In this document: positions 35,672-46,400 of the stretch, one piece after another
Layout of the letters: each line of letters opens with the position of its first letter
Position numbering within the stretch: position 1 is the first letter of the stretch
Assembly: GCA_002309575.1 (NCBI GenBank)
Contig: DBXP01000044.1
Span: forward strand, 1 to 60,287
Length of the DNA: 60,287 nucleotides
Reading direction: 5' to 3'
From: a bacterium UBP6_UBA1209
Lineage (GTDB): Bacteria; UBP6; UBA1177
Position numbers and translations under genes: made by a program
Notes under the pieces: model-generated
Database searches by the model: none
What the model was told of the DNA's origin: nothing
Seen by the model: only the letters and a program-made list of their open reading frames with translations

Positions 35672-36913
35672 TTGGCTTATTCTCTTATTCTCGAAAATAT
35701 CTCCGAGATTTTTACAGCTCGAAAGGATACTCCTGTACTTAAAGGAGGAGCTCTCTGTATCGCCGCCGGACCCGACGGAAAAATCTCTTTTGCCGGTAAA
35801 ACCTCAGATTTTCTGAAGGCGGAGCCCGATTTCCGGTCGAAGTATGCAGAGGCGATTTTCGATGCGGGAAACAGAGCGGTCTATCCGGGTCTTGTCGACA
35901 GCCATACGCACCTGGTCTTTGCGGCGACGCGTGAAGACGAGTTCGCGATGAAGTCCCGCGGAGCCACATACGAAGAGATCGCGGCTGCGGGCGGCGGAAT
36001 AATCAACAGCACCAGGAAGACAAAATCGGCACCGCTCGAAGAGATCGTGCGGCAGGCATCGAAGCGGCTCGAACAGCTGATCTCGTATGGCGTAACGACA
36101 GTCGAAATCAAGTCGGGATACGGTCTCGATACCGAAAGCGAGTTGAAGCTTTTGACTGCGATCAAGGAGCTTAAGAAGCTGTATCCGATCGAAATAGTTC
36201 CGACTTTTCTCGGTGCTCACGCCTATCCGCCGGAATTTAAAAATGATCACGAGGGGTATATCAGCCTTATCAACAACGAGATGCTGCCGGAGATAAAGAG
36301 CCGCGGACTTGCGGAGTTCGCCGACGTTTTCTGCGAGGAGGGCTATTTTTCGCTGAAGGAGACCGAAAAGCTTATGACAGCTGCAAAAGATATGGGTTTC
36401 AGGCTGAAGCTCCACGCGGATGAGTTCAATCCGCTCGGAGGAACAGAGCTTGCCGCGGAGATGGGTGCCGCGTCGGTCGACCATCTTGAGGCGGTCAGCG
36501 AAGCCGGCATGAAGAAGCTTGCCGAAAACGGCGTCGTCGCCGGAGTTCTGCCGATAACGTCGCTCTTTTCGAGGCTTCCCTTCGCTCCAGCGGCAAAGAT
36601 GCGTGATCTGGGCGTGACAGTGGCTCTTGCGACTGACATGAACCCCGGAAGCTGCATGTGCGGTTTCCTTCCGCTTGCAGCCAGCATCGGTGCGACACAG
36701 CTCCGTCTTTCGATTGAAGAGGCCGTTGCGGGGATCACTATAAACGGCGCAAAATCTTTGAAGCGCGACGACCGGAAAGGTTCGGTCGAGCCCGGCAAGG
36801 ATGCTGATCTAGTCGTTATGGATGCCGAAACGGTTTCGTATCCTGTTTATCATTTTGCCCACAACCACTGCAAAAATGTCTTTGCGAAGGGCAGGCTTAT
36901 ACACTCAAATTAA
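35672..36913 (+). CDS. hutI: Imidazolonepropionase
   Basis: PGLVDSHTHLVFA, YEEIAAAGGGI, GVTTVEIKSGYGL, TFLGAHA, DVFCE, HADE, SVDHLE and ATDMNPGS. Start approximate. Confidence 0.93.
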   Translation: MAYSLILENISEIFTARKDTPVLKGGALCIAAGPDGKISFAGKTSDFLKAEPDFRSKYAEAIFDAGNRAVYPGLVDSHTHLVFAATREDEFAMKSRGATYEEIAAAGGGIINSTRKTKSAPLEEIVRQASKRLEQLISYGVTTVEIKSGYGLDTESELKLLTAIKELKKLYPIEIVPTFLGAHAYPPEFKNDHEGYISLINNEMLPEIKSRGLAEFADVFCEEGYFSLKETEKLMTAAKDMGFRLKLHADEFNPLGGTELAAEMGAASVDHLEAVSEAGMKKLAENGVVAGVLPITSLFSRLPFAPAAKMRDLGVTVALATDMNPGSCMCGFLPLAASIGATQLRLSIEEAVAGITINGAKSLKRDDRKGSVEPGKDADLVVMDAETVSYPVYHFAHNHCKNVFAKGRLIHSN

Positions 36914-38118
36914 AAAAGCTGCCTCATTTTTGAGACAAAGAGGTTGACTGAATCCTTCGATGGAAGGCTGTTCCGGTCGATCAGACCGGAGATCGTTTTT
37001 CCTGCCTCTCTTAGCGATCCGGTGACTGCTCCCTTTTCTGCTGTCGCCGGGAAGAGTTCGTCTACAAAGCAGACAGCATCTTCGAACTCCTGGAGAGTAA
37101 CTGCGTACTGAGCCGGGATCAGGTGCCTGAAAACATTCATCAGGTAGGGGAGCATCGCCTTTGCCGTGATTATGTATTCACGAAGCTTCGAAAGCTTGTT
37201 TGCTTCAAGATTAGAGGCGATCTGCTCAGAGAGGCTTGCGGTGACTGCCGCGCATCTTGAAATCTCCTGCTCCTGCGTGACCGGCTCCTGTGCCGCGGAG
37301 AGCTTTTCCTCAACGGTCTGCAAAAACTCGCCGGCCGTTGCTTTGGCGTCCGAATCCTTTTCCAGCAGGGCACGGAGAGCCTTTTTTATCTCGATTGTCG
37401 AGATGATCCTTCTCAGGTCTTCGACAAAATTTACGGTGGTGTAGTTTTCAGAGTTTTCCGGAGCCTGGGATAGATCTGTGAAACTGATGATTTTTTTCTT
37501 GAAAGTGTCGTGGTATCTCTTTTTGTCCTTTTCGTTTGCAAAGGATGAAATAACCTCAAGCCATGCGGCATAGTCCATCAGCTCCGCCAGTTGCGGATTG
37601 GCCGAACCAAGGAGAAAACGAAGCCTCAACAGGTTGAATCTGTTCTTCATAAGTGAGCGCGGATCGACGGTTTTTTCCAAAACGGGAGACAAAACGAGCA
37701 TCCTGTCGATCGATTCGATGAAGACATAGCTCGGGATCAGGTAGTGCAGCCTTTTTTGAAGCAGGTTGCTGATGTGTGAAATGATGTAGTAAAAGAGTTT
37801 TACCTCGCGTCCGGCGTAGTAAAAATCCTTGTTGCTGTTTGCAAGCTTTTCGCTAAGGTCGCGGATCTTGTTGTTGTATCGTTTTAAAAATGGATCGATC
37901 TCCTTCGCGAACTCCTGGGAAATGTTTTCCCTGTGCTGAGTCAGGAGCGAGCGCGTAAGGTAGACGTAATAATCGAGCTCGACAAAAAATATCGGCGTAA
38001 AATCCCGGTATGTTGCTGAAATTTCTATCTTTTGTCTGTGAATATAGCTGAAAAAAGCATCTCCTTTGAGAGAATACGTCTCCTGGATTTGTCTTAACTG
38101 CCTGGTGTATGCGTTCAA
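36910..38118 (-). CDS. Hypothetical protein (predominantly helical)
   Basis: 402-aa ORF whose start overlaps the ruvB stop; no recognised motif. Confidence 0.7.
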   Translation of the reverse strand: MNAYTRQLRQIQETYSLKGDAFFSYIHRQKIEISATYRDFTPIFFVELDYYVYLTRSLLTQHRENISQEFAKEIDPFLKRYNNKIRDLSEKLANSNKDFYYAGREVKLFYYIISHISNLLQKRLHYLIPSYVFIESIDRMLVLSPVLEKTVDPRSLMKNRFNLLRLRFLLGSANPQLAELMDYAAWLEVISSFANEKDKKRYHDTFKKKIISFTDLSQAPENSENYTTVNFVEDLRRIISTIEIKKALRALLEKDSDAKATAGEFLQTVEEKLSAAQEPVTQEQEISRCAAVTASLSEQIASNLEANKLSKLREYIITAKAMLPYLMNVFRHLIPAQYAVTLQEFEDAVCFVDELFPATAEKGAVTGSLREAGKTISGLIDRNSLPSKDSVNLFVSKMRQLF

Positions 38119-39134
38119 AACAGACTCCTCTGCAGCTCTTTGGGGCTGACGTTGAATTTATCAAGCGTTTTTTGAGTTACCATCCTGCCTTTTGCTGTTC
38201 GTGCGATAAAGCCGGACTTGATGAGATAGGGCTCGTAGACATCCTCGAGCGTGCGTCTCTCTTCACTGACGCTTGCCGCTATTGCCTCTATTCCGACCGG
38301 ACCTCCGCGGAAAGAGTCGATGATCGTCATGAGGATAGTTCTGTCCATCTGGTCGAGTCCGTCCTCGTCGATCTCCATCTTGTCAAGGGCGTATTTCGCG
38401 ATTTTGGTATCGATGCAGCCGTTACCCTCGACAAGTGCGAAATCGCGGACGCGCTTCAAGATCCTGTTGGCGATCCTCGGTGTCCCGCGGGAGCGTCTTG
38501 CTATCTCGAGAGCGCCGCCTTCGTCGATTTTTATGTTGAGTATTTTCGATGAGCGTTTGACGATCGTTTCAAGGTCTTCGACGGCGTAGTAGTCCATTCT
38601 GAAAACGATCTGGAACCTGTCGCGCAGCGGGCTTGAGAGAAGCCCCGTTTTCGTGGTCGCGCCGATAAGCGTGAAGGGTTCTATCCCGATCTGAACGCTG
38701 TTGGCCTCCCGCCCCTGGCCGAGCATGATATCGAACCGGAAATCTTCCATCGCCGGATAGAGACTCTCTTCGACAGCCGGGTTCAGACGGTGGATCTCAT
38801 CGATAAAAAGGACATCTCCGCTCTGAAGAGGGGTCAGCAGACCCGCCAGGTCGCCCTTTTTTTCGATGACAGGACCTGAGGTCGAAAACATCTTTACTCC
38901 CATTTCGTTGGCGATTATCTGGCTGAGAGTGGTTTTCCCGAGTCCGGGAGGGCCTGCGAGAAGCAGATGGTCAAGGGGCCTGTCGTTTTTCTTCGCCGCA
39001 GCGATGAATATTTTCAGATTGTCTACAACAGCCTTCTGACCGATATAGCCGCTCAGGTCTTTCGGTCTCAGATCTCCGCCCAGCGATGAATCTTCCGGCA
39101 GTTCCTGCGAATTGAGCACTCTTTCTTCTTCCAT
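38115..39134 (-). CDS. ruvB: Holliday junction branch migration helicase RuvB
   Basis: LRP....[28 protein letters not shown] and [10 protein letters not shown]. Confidence 0.98.
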   Translation of the reverse strand: MEEERVLNSQELPEDSSLGGDLRPKDLSGYIGQKAVVDNLKIFIAAAKKNDRPLDHLLLAGPPGLGKTTLSQIIANEMGVKMFSTSGPVIEKKGDLAGLLTPLQSGDVLFIDEIHRLNPAVEESLYPAMEDFRFDIMLGQGREANSVQIGIEPFTLIGATTKTGLLSSPLRDRFQIVFRMDYYAVEDLETIVKRSSKILNIKIDEGGALEIARRSRGTPRIANRILKRVRDFALVEGNGCIDTKIAKYALDKMEIDEDGLDQMDRTILMTIIDSFRGGPVGIEAIAASVSEERRTLEDVYEPYLIKSGFIARTAKGRMVTQKTLDKFNVSPKELQRSLF

Positions 39135-39149
39135 GACATTCACCGTCCG

Positions 39150-39755
39150 TCAAAGGTTTCTGATAGCGTTGAGAGCCTCTTTGATGATTTCTTCCACTCT
39201 CTTCGACTCCTTGTTTTCTATTTTTGCCATAGCGTGTTTTATCTGAAGCGGATTGAAACCAAGAGCGACAAGCGCATCCGAGGCTTTGCGGACCTGCATG
39301 TCCTCTGAAACGATCTTTGCAGTTTCCGGAGATGCGGCTGCGATCGTCTGGAATTTGTCGGTTTTGTCTTTCAGATCGATAATGATTTTCTCTGCGGTTT
39401 TCGCACCGACTCCGCTTATCTTCTTGAAAAACTGCGCGTTGCCGGAAATTATCGCCGCGACGATATCCTCGACCGGAGCTGCCGCAAGTATCGAAAGGGC
39501 TGTTTTAGGTCCTATTTTGTTCACTTCGCAGAGCATGTTGAAAAGGTGCTTTTCCCCGATCCTCTCAAATCCGAAAAGAACGATCGCGTCTTCGCGGACA
39601 AAAGTCTCGACAAAAAGTGAAACGGCTTCGCCTTCGGGGTATTTCAGCGTGAGCGTGGGAGTTACGCCGACGACGTATCCGACTCCGCCTTCCGTGAGGA
39701 TCGTGAGCTCGCGCTCTTCGTTTGCAACAACTGTTCCTTTGATGTAGCCGATCAT
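39150..39755 (-). CDS. ruvA: Holliday junction branch migration protein RuvA
   Basis: MIGYIKG, GVGY, VRED...LFGF, IGPKTAL and GVGAKTAEKIIIDLKDK. Confidence 0.96.
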   Translation of the reverse strand: MIGYIKGTVVANEERELTILTEGGVGYVVGVTPTLTLKYPEGEAVSLFVETFVREDAIVLFGFERIGEKHLFNMLCEVNKIGPKTALSILAAAPVEDIVAAIISGNAQFFKKISGVGAKTAEKIIIDLKDKTDKFQTIAAASPETAKIVSEDMQVRKASDALVALGFNPLQIKHAMAKIENKESKRVEEIIKEALNAIRNL

Positions 39756-40237
39756 TTATACACCGTGAATGCGTGGGTTATAGCTATGGCAAGCGCGTCT
39801 GCGGCATCCTCGTACGGGACCTCCTTCAGCTTGAGAAGGATCTGTATCATTCTCTGGACCTGCACCTTCTCCGCCCTGCCGTTTCCGGTAACGGACTGTT
39901 TTACCCTTGTCGGGGTGTACTCGAAAAGGGGAAGCCCCCTGATCGCCGCCGCGCTCATTACGGCACCCCTGACATGACCCAGTTTCAGGGCACTCTGGGC
40001 GTTTTTCGCGATGAAGACGTCCTCCAGAGCAACGGCATCGGGCTTGAATTCGTCCATTACATCGCAGACGCCTCTGAAAATAAAGCCGATCCTGTCTTTA
40101 AAATCAAGCCCTTTCGGAGGCATTATCAAACCGTTTTCGATGTGAAAAAAAGAACGCCCGACAGCATTTACCAGGCCGAAACCCGTTTTAATGCTGCCGG
40201 GGTCAATTCCTAGAATGGTATAACCGGTTCTATCCAA
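39752..40237 (-). CDS. ruvC: Crossover junction endodeoxyribonuclease RuvC
   Basis: ILGIDPG..TGFG, ALE, SALKLG.VRG, EYTP..VK..VTG.G.A.K and DAADALAIA. Confidence 0.96.
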   Translation of the reverse strand: MDRTGYTILGIDPGSIKTGFGLVNAVGRSFFHIENGLIMPPKGLDFKDRIGFIFRGVCDVMDEFKPDAVALEDVFIAKNAQSALKLGHVRGAVMSAAAIRGLPLFEYTPTRVKQSVTGNGRAEKVQVQRMIQILLKLKEVPYEDAADALAIAITHAFTVYK

Positions 40238-40245
40238 GAGAGCAG

Positions 40246-40992
40246 TTAGTCCTCATCAGGGATCTGCGAGAAGTCGATGTCGTAATCCGCATAGACATCC
40301 TGGACGTCGTCGCTGTCATCGAATGCCTCGACGAGCTTCAAAACCTGCTCTGCGACCTTCCCTTCGACCTTTGTAAGGGTCTGCGGGATCCTTGCGATCT
40401 TGACCTCTTCAAACTGATAGCCTTTCTGGGTAAGCTGGTCTGAAACAGCGTAAACGTCTGTCATTGCTGTGAGGATCTCCCAAACATCGTCTCTGTCGAT
40501 AACATCGTCTGCGCCTGCTTCAAGTGCGTCGTTCATGATCTGTTCTTCGTCAACGCCCTCTTTCGGAACGATGATCTGACCCTTTTTCTCGAACTTCCAG
40601 TTGACGCAGCCGTTTTCACCCATGTTGCCGCCTGCCTTCGTGAAGATCCTTCTGATCTCGGAAACCGTTCTGTTTTTGTTGTCGGTCAGGCAGTCGATCA
40701 TCATAGCAACTCCGCCCGGTCCGTAACCCTCGTAGGTTACCTCTTCGTAGTTTGCTCCTTCGAGCTCGCCGGTTCCCTTTTTGATCGCTCTTGTGATGTT
40801 GTCGAGCGGCATATTCGCAGCCTTTGCAGACTGTATCGCTGTCTTCAGTCGAGGATTGCCGTCAGGGTCTCCGCCACCGCCTTTTGCCGCGATAGTGATC
40901 TCTTTGATAAGTTTCGTGAAAATTTTACCCCTTTTAGCGTCTGCTGCACCCTTTTTGTGTTTAATGGTGCTCCATTTGTTATGGCCTGACAT
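40246..40992 (-). CDS. yebC: YebC/PmpR family protein
   Basis: [34 protein letters not shown] and TDNKNRT; typical position upstream of ruvC. Confidence 0.96.
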   Translation of the reverse strand: MSGHNKWSTIKHKKGAADAKRGKIFTKLIKEITIAAKGGGGDPDGNPRLKTAIQSAKAANMPLDNITRAIKKGTGELEGANYEEVTYEGYGPGGVAMMIDCLTDNKNRTVSEIRRIFTKAGGNMGENGCVNWKFEKKGQIIVPKEGVDEEQIMNDALEAGADDVIDRDDVWEILTAMTDVYAVSDQLTQKGYQFEEVKIARIPQTLTKVEGKVAEQVLKLVEAFDDSDDVQDVYADYDIDFSQIPDED

Positions 40993-41083
40993 AAAATCCT
41001 CCTGTCAAGATAGTTACAAAAAAACGCAGGAATCTACCATAAAAGCTGATTTTTCGCAAATTAAAATTGTTTGATTCCCGGCT

Positions 41084-41947
41084 CTATCGCTTTTTTATTG
41101 AGGCGAGCCGCTTAAATTCGTTGACGAGATCGTCCATAAAGTTTTCAGAGCTTCTGATCCACATCGGTTTAAGGCCGATTTTTTTGAGACTCTCCTCTTT
41201 TAAGGCTGTGAAGTATCGTTCCTGCATCCGTGACGGGGAGGAGAAGTCGATGATCCCGGTTTCTCCTGTTTCGGGGTCGATGGTCCTGATCGCACCGTCG
41301 ACGACCGGCTTGAAAAGGATATCGTCGATAATGCCGATCGGCACGATTTCATGCTTCGAGGCTGTGATCCCGAGCGAATCGGGGATCTCTTCAAAGAGCA
41401 TGTCCGAAAGGAAGAAAAGAAGCGTTTTGCGTTTCATGATCTTGTTCAAAAACCTGAAAGCGACATCCGGATCGGTTTTGCGGCCTTCGGGTTCGGTCGT
41501 GAGAAGCGTCCGGATGACTGTGAGAAGATGGTTTTTCCCTCTGCGCGGCGGGATATACTCCTCGATCCTGTCGGAAAAGAGCAGAAGCCCGACCTTGTCC
41601 GAGTTTTTTATTGCGCTGAAGGTCAGTGAAGCCGCGACGGTCGCCAGGACATCCTGAACGCCGTAGTGCATTCCGTAACTTGTCGAGCCGGAGATGTCGG
41701 CGACGATCATTACGACAAGCTCACGCTCCTCGCGGTAGAGCTTTACGAAGGGTTTTCCGCTCCTCGCCGTGACATTCCAGTCGATCATCCTTGCGTCATC
41801 GTTTTCCGTGTATTCCCGGACCTCCTGAAATTCGAGCCCCTGACCCTTGAAAAGCGTGTGGTACGACCCCTGGAGGTAGCTGTCGACATTCTTTTTTGCG
41901 ACAAGCTCGATACGTCTGATTTTCTGCAACAGCTCTTCGTTCAGCAT
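41084..41947 (-). CDS. DUF58 (vWA-like) protein
   Basis: FKGQGLEFQEVREY...DD.R.IDWNVTAR, VK.Y.EERE and D.SGS. Confidence 0.9.
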   Translation of the reverse strand: MLNEELLQKIRRIELVAKKNVDSYLQGSYHTLFKGQGLEFQEVREYTENDDARMIDWNVTARSGKPFVKLYREERELVVMIVADISGSTSYGMHYGVQDVLATVAASLTFSAIKNSDKVGLLLFSDRIEEYIPPRRGKNHLLTVIRTLLTTEPEGRKTDPDVAFRFLNKIMKRKTLLFFLSDMLFEEIPDSLGITASKHEIVPIGIIDDILFKPVVDGAIRTIDPETGETGIIDFSSPSRMQERYFTALKEESLKKIGLKPMWIRSSENFMDDLVNEFKRLASIKKR

Positions 41948-42002
41948 TTCAACCTCAAAAAACAGGATAAAAACAAGCGGGAAGAGGAAAATATTCCAAA
42001 AA

Positions 42003-42644
42003 TTACCGGTCTAACATGAACATCATCTGACGGAAATTCAGATCCGGGAAAATCACTGAGAGTGCGATCGATGCCTTTTGAGCGCCGACGGAGTCCGAGA
42101 GTTCGTCAAAAAATTCGCGGGCGACCTCGACCGCCTTTTCCGAAGCCTCGTTGTCAGTGATTTCGTTCCTGTACCAGCTTAAAAAGATATCCTGACTGTG
42201 ATCGACCATCTTGTTGTACTCATCAACTGAAGTTTTGATCTCCTGCTCTGAAAAATCGAAACCCGCGAGTTTTTTTGCCAGCTCCGGCCCCCAGGTCTGT
42301 TTGATAACGCTGCTCCAGTCTTCCCAGATTTTATTTTCACGTTCCTTGTATTCCTGGGTTTTGTGCGGAGCGTTCTGCTTTTTTAATTTGTCGATTTCGC
42401 TCTTCATCGAGTAAAATTTCTGATCCAGTTCGGCATTTTTCTGAGCTTTGTTTGCCGCCTGCATCTCAAGCAGCTGCCTGTTCAATCTTTTTTTGAGGAG
42501 ATCAAGATCCATTTTCAGGGATTCGTTTTCTTTGGCGCAGCTCTCGGAATACTCTTTAAGCGACTTTATTTCAGAATGGGTCTTGTATGAAAAGGCCAGC
42601 AGTATCAAAATGATGACAATAAGAACGATGTTAGTTTTGTTCAT
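42003..42644 (-). CDS. Hypothetical membrane-anchored coiled-coil protein
   Basis: N-terminal hydrophobic helix followed by a heptad-rich segment. Confidence 0.7.
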   Translation of the reverse strand: MNKTNIVLIVIILILLAFSYKTHSEIKSLKEYSESCAKENESLKMDLDLLKKRLNRQLLEMQAANKAQKNAELDQKFYSMKSEIDKLKKQNAPHKTQEYKERENKIWEDWSSVIKQTWGPELAKKLAGFDFSEQEIKTSVDEYNKMVDHSQDIFLSWYRNEITDNEASEKAVEVAREFFDELSDSVGAQKASIALSVIFPDLNFRQMMFMLDR

Positions 42645-43470
42645 ATCCGCAAACACCCTTGTTGATAAACTTATCTTTCCACCAGGCTAGATTTTCGTCG
42701 GAGAAGCCAATTTTTTTCAGCTCTTTTGCGGCGCCGTCGTCAAAAGCCGACGCGTAGAGAAGCGAAATCATTGCCTTGGAATCAGGTCTTATATTTTTCG
42801 ATTGCTGGATGTCAAAATAAAGTGTGCCTGACTCCCTGGAATCCTCGGGGTAGGGGAAGCAGAAACGGCTGAAAAGCGTGGCAAAGCTGGTCCCGTCGAT
42901 CTTCGAAACGGTGTTTTCGACCCGCAGGGTCGATGCTGCGCTCTTGGTGAAACCGCGTTTGGAGTCGGTCAGCTTGCCCTTGGAGAGAACTGTCAGCGGG
43001 ATCCTGAAAAACTCCTCCGAAACTCTGAGGGAGACGAAGTAGACACCTTTTTCGAAACTTCCTTTCAGTCTGGCATAATCTGTCTCCTTTTTTAGCGAAA
43101 TTTTACCTCGCGGGCTTCCGTTTACGGTTATCTCTCCGCTCTTTACCCCAAAAAAAACGATTTCGACGTCGGTACGCCTGTCAAATTCAAGATAAAGGTA
43201 TCCGAAGGAGTCTTTCCCCGCCATCCCCTTTGTGATTTTCAGGTTCGCCGGATGAACGAAAGCTCTTTTGTTGAGCGTCGGCATGTGGTAGATATTTATG
43301 AACAAATCTTTGAAAATATTATTCTTTTCTTGGTTTATCCACTTCGAATAGAGCTTCGGATCGTCGTAAAAGATCTTAAAGTAGTCGTATAGGCTCTCTT
43401 CTGCGGACAGCGAAAAAAATATAAAAAACAGGGGGAGCAGAAGCCCCCCCTTTTTAAGAAAAAAGTTCAT
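42631..43470 (-). CDS. Hypothetical secreted protein
   Basis: Signal peptide (FFSLSA-E); tightly packed in a same-strand run. Confidence 0.7.
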   Translation of the reverse strand: MNFFLKKGGLLLPLFFIFFSLSAEESLYDYFKIFYDDPKLYSKWINQEKNNIFKDLFINIYHMPTLNKRAFVHPANLKITKGMAGKDSFGYLYLEFDRRTDVEIVFFGVKSGEITVNGSPRGKISLKKETDYARLKGSFEKGVYFVSLRVSEEFFRIPLTVLSKGKLTDSKRGFTKSAASTLRVENTVSKIDGTSFATLFSRFCFPYPEDSRESGTLYFDIQQSKNIRPDSKAMISLLYASAFDDGAAKELKKIGFSDENLAWWKDKFINKGVCGYEQN

Positions 43471-43487
43471 CTTTTCCGAAATCGCTG

Positions 43488-46400
43488 TTACTTGAGTTCT
43501 TCAAGGAGCATCATTGACTTGAGATAAAATTCATCGGTCGGAAGAAGGTTCTTGATAAGGTTTTCAAGAATCCTGACGGCCTTTGACTTGTTGCTGTCTC
43601 TCATTCCGAATGCCTCCCAGTACATCGTCTGAGCCTTCGTCGAGATGGCCTTCATGCCCTCTTTTGCAGGCCTGCTGTCGCTGTCAAGGAAGAGCGCTTC
43701 GACGAAATCCTTGCGGGCTTCACCGATCTTATCCTTGTTGAGTTTGTCAAGACCGGATTTCGAGTAAGCCTCAGCGGTCGCCGATTCGATTTTCTTGGTG
43801 ACCTTTGTTATCTGGACCTCTCTTACTCCCTCTTCCTTATACTCGTTTTTAAATCTCTGTTTTACCTGCTGGAGCTCGGCTGCATTGACCTTGTCGAGGC
43901 TTGCCTGATACTTTTTGTTGACCTCCTCTTTCTTCGCCTTTGCAGTCTCCTTGTCTTTTGCGGCGCTGTCGGGTTTCTTTGCGGTCAGGTCTTCGATCGA
44001 AGCGGCAAACTTCTCGTCCTGAGCCTTGTAAGCTGCCTGAGCCTTTTCCCATTTTTGTTTCTCTTTGTCGAGAGCAGTCTGTCTGTTGGCCTTTCTCTTC
44101 TCTTTTTCTGCAAGGAGTTTGTCTCTCTTTGCCATCATCTGCTCTTTCTGCTTTTCTCTGTTCTCCTTCTCCTTGACCTCCATGTTGTCGTATTTGTCAA
44201 CGATGGCGGTTTTGCCGTTTTCGTACCATTTTTCTTTGTTGTCGGCAGCCTTTTGCCACTGTGTTTCCTGCTTTTTGGCATCGGAGTGCTGTTTAGCCTT
44301 AGCATCGTCAAGTCTGCGTGCCCAGTCAGCGTTGATTACGGCGATCTGAGCTGAAATAGCGTCGATCTGTTTGTTGTTTTCGTTGAGCCTGTTCTTGTCG
44401 GCAGCGACTTTTCTGTCAAACGCCGCAGCGCGGGCGTCTTTGTCCTTGTTCCATTTGTCCTGCTGCTGAGCTCTCTCTTTTCTTCTTGCCTCAAGCTTCT
44501 GGTCTCTCTCTTTCTGAGCGTTGTTGACCTGCTGGTCTACACCTTTTTTCTTGGCGTTCTTTTCAGCAAGGAAGGCCTTGTGCTGCTGTTTTGCCGCCGC
44601 CTCTTCGGCTCTCTTTTTCTTCTCGAAATCGGTGTTGGCCTTCTGGAGTCTCATGCTCTCGTTGGCAAGTTTCATATCAAGGTCGTTGAGCTGTTTTTCG
44701 TACTTCTTGTCGACCTGTGTGACCTGCTTGTTTACAAAAGCGTCGTGAGATTTTTCATGAGCCGCAAGCTGTTTGGAGACCTTCGCGAGCTCGGCCTTCA
44801 TCGCTCCGAGTTCCTTGTTTCTTGCCGCTGTCAGCTTTGCCAGCTCGCTTGCAAGATTGGCTTTGAAGTTCTTCTCTGCGACGGTCTTCTTCTGGATATT
44901 TGCGTTCGTGTCAGCCTTGAGGGCTGCGATCTTCTGTTTCTTTTCGGCCTGAAGTTTGGCGATGTCTGCCTTGATGTTGCCTCTGATGGTGTCGAATTTC
45001 TTTGCGATTTCAGCCTGAGCGTTCTTTACCTCTGTTTCAACGCCCTTTGTCTTGTTGATCGTATCTGTCTTTTGTGCGTTGAGTTTGGCAACGTTCTGTT
45101 TGTGGACATCCGAAGCGGCTTTGAGTTTTGCAGCCTTTTCTGCCTGGAGTCCCTTCTTCTGTTTTGTAAGTTCGGCGATCTCCTTTTCGCGGGGAGCGAT
45201 CACGGCGTTGAGTTTAGCCGGGTCAACTACATTCGACTTCTTTTCCCAGGATTTGATCTCCTTGTTGTTTGCCGCGATCTTCTGCTTCTTTGCGTTGATA
45301 TCCGACTGGATTGAAGCCTTCTCTTTGTCAGCGGCAGCTTTGAACTTGTTGTTTACATTCGCCTTCTCGGCATTTATCTTTTTGATTTCATTGGCTTTTT
45401 CTGCGGCGACTCTGGCTTTTCTGCCCTTCGAGCTCGCCTTGATAGCCTTCTCTTTTTCCGATGCTTTCGCAGCGATCTTCTTCGCAGCGGCTGCATTTGC
45501 GTTCATTTCGTTTTTGTGGCTTGCTTCGAGAGCGCTTACCTTCTTTTTGTGAGCTGCAAGAGCCGCGTTCTTCTCTTTGTTCAGAGAGGCGATCTCTTTG
45601 TTTGTCGAGATGAGTTCAAGGTTTTTTTCCTTCTCGAGTTTTGCGAGTTCGGATTTGTTCCTTGCCATCTGTCTTTCGTATTTCGCCTTTTCGTTTTTGA
45701 TCTTTCTCTCGGCGCTCTCCTCTTCGAATTTGATCTTTCTTTCGGCGCTCGCCTTGTCGTTGTCCATCTTTCTGATCGCCGAAGCGTGGTCTCTTTCGAT
45801 CTTCGCCATCTCGGACGGATTGTTCTTTATAGCCTCCTTTTTGTCGGCAAAGATCTGATTTTCGTTGTCCTTTGCCTGAGTGATGGCGTCGATGATCTCC
45901 TGAAGCTTGTTGGTTGCTTCGATTTTCTGGTTTTCAAGCTCGGAAACCTTCTGGTTCATCTCGTCGACTACGGAATCAACGTTGTAGGGAGCCATCTTCT
46001 GTTCGTATTTCTGTTCTACAGCCGATGCCTTTTCCTGAACTTTGGAAATCTTCTGGTCGTAGGATGCGGCAATCGAACCCTCTTCAACGGAGAGAGCATT
46101 TGCCTTCTTGGAGTATTCGCTTTCAAGTTTTCCGCCCTGAGCTGCTACCTGCTGGATCTCGGCGGTGGTGTCCGAGTGGAGTTTGTCGATCTCCTTTTGG
46201 ATCTCATCGTCGACAGCGTCGGTCTTCTTCGCGTAGTTGTCTTCAAGAGCAGCTGTTTTTGCGTCGATCCTGTTGAGCTCATCCATCTTCTGCTGGCTGT
46301 ATTTCGCGTCTATTTCGGCAAGCTTGCCGTTGGATTCGTCGATTTGAGCTCTGAGAGCCTCGTTTTCGTTTTGAAGCTTGTCGATCTCCTTGTTTACGAC

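Noticed and set aside
41067-41657. 196-aa + strand ORF and the many other short overlapping ORFs in the track
   Set aside because: They lie opposite or out of frame within well-supported genes and lack RBS or motif support.
43410-43466. Homopolymer runs (C7, A7) in a signal-peptide coding region as a phase-variation switch
   Set aside because: Runs of 7-8 nt are frequent throughout this window and the frame is intact.
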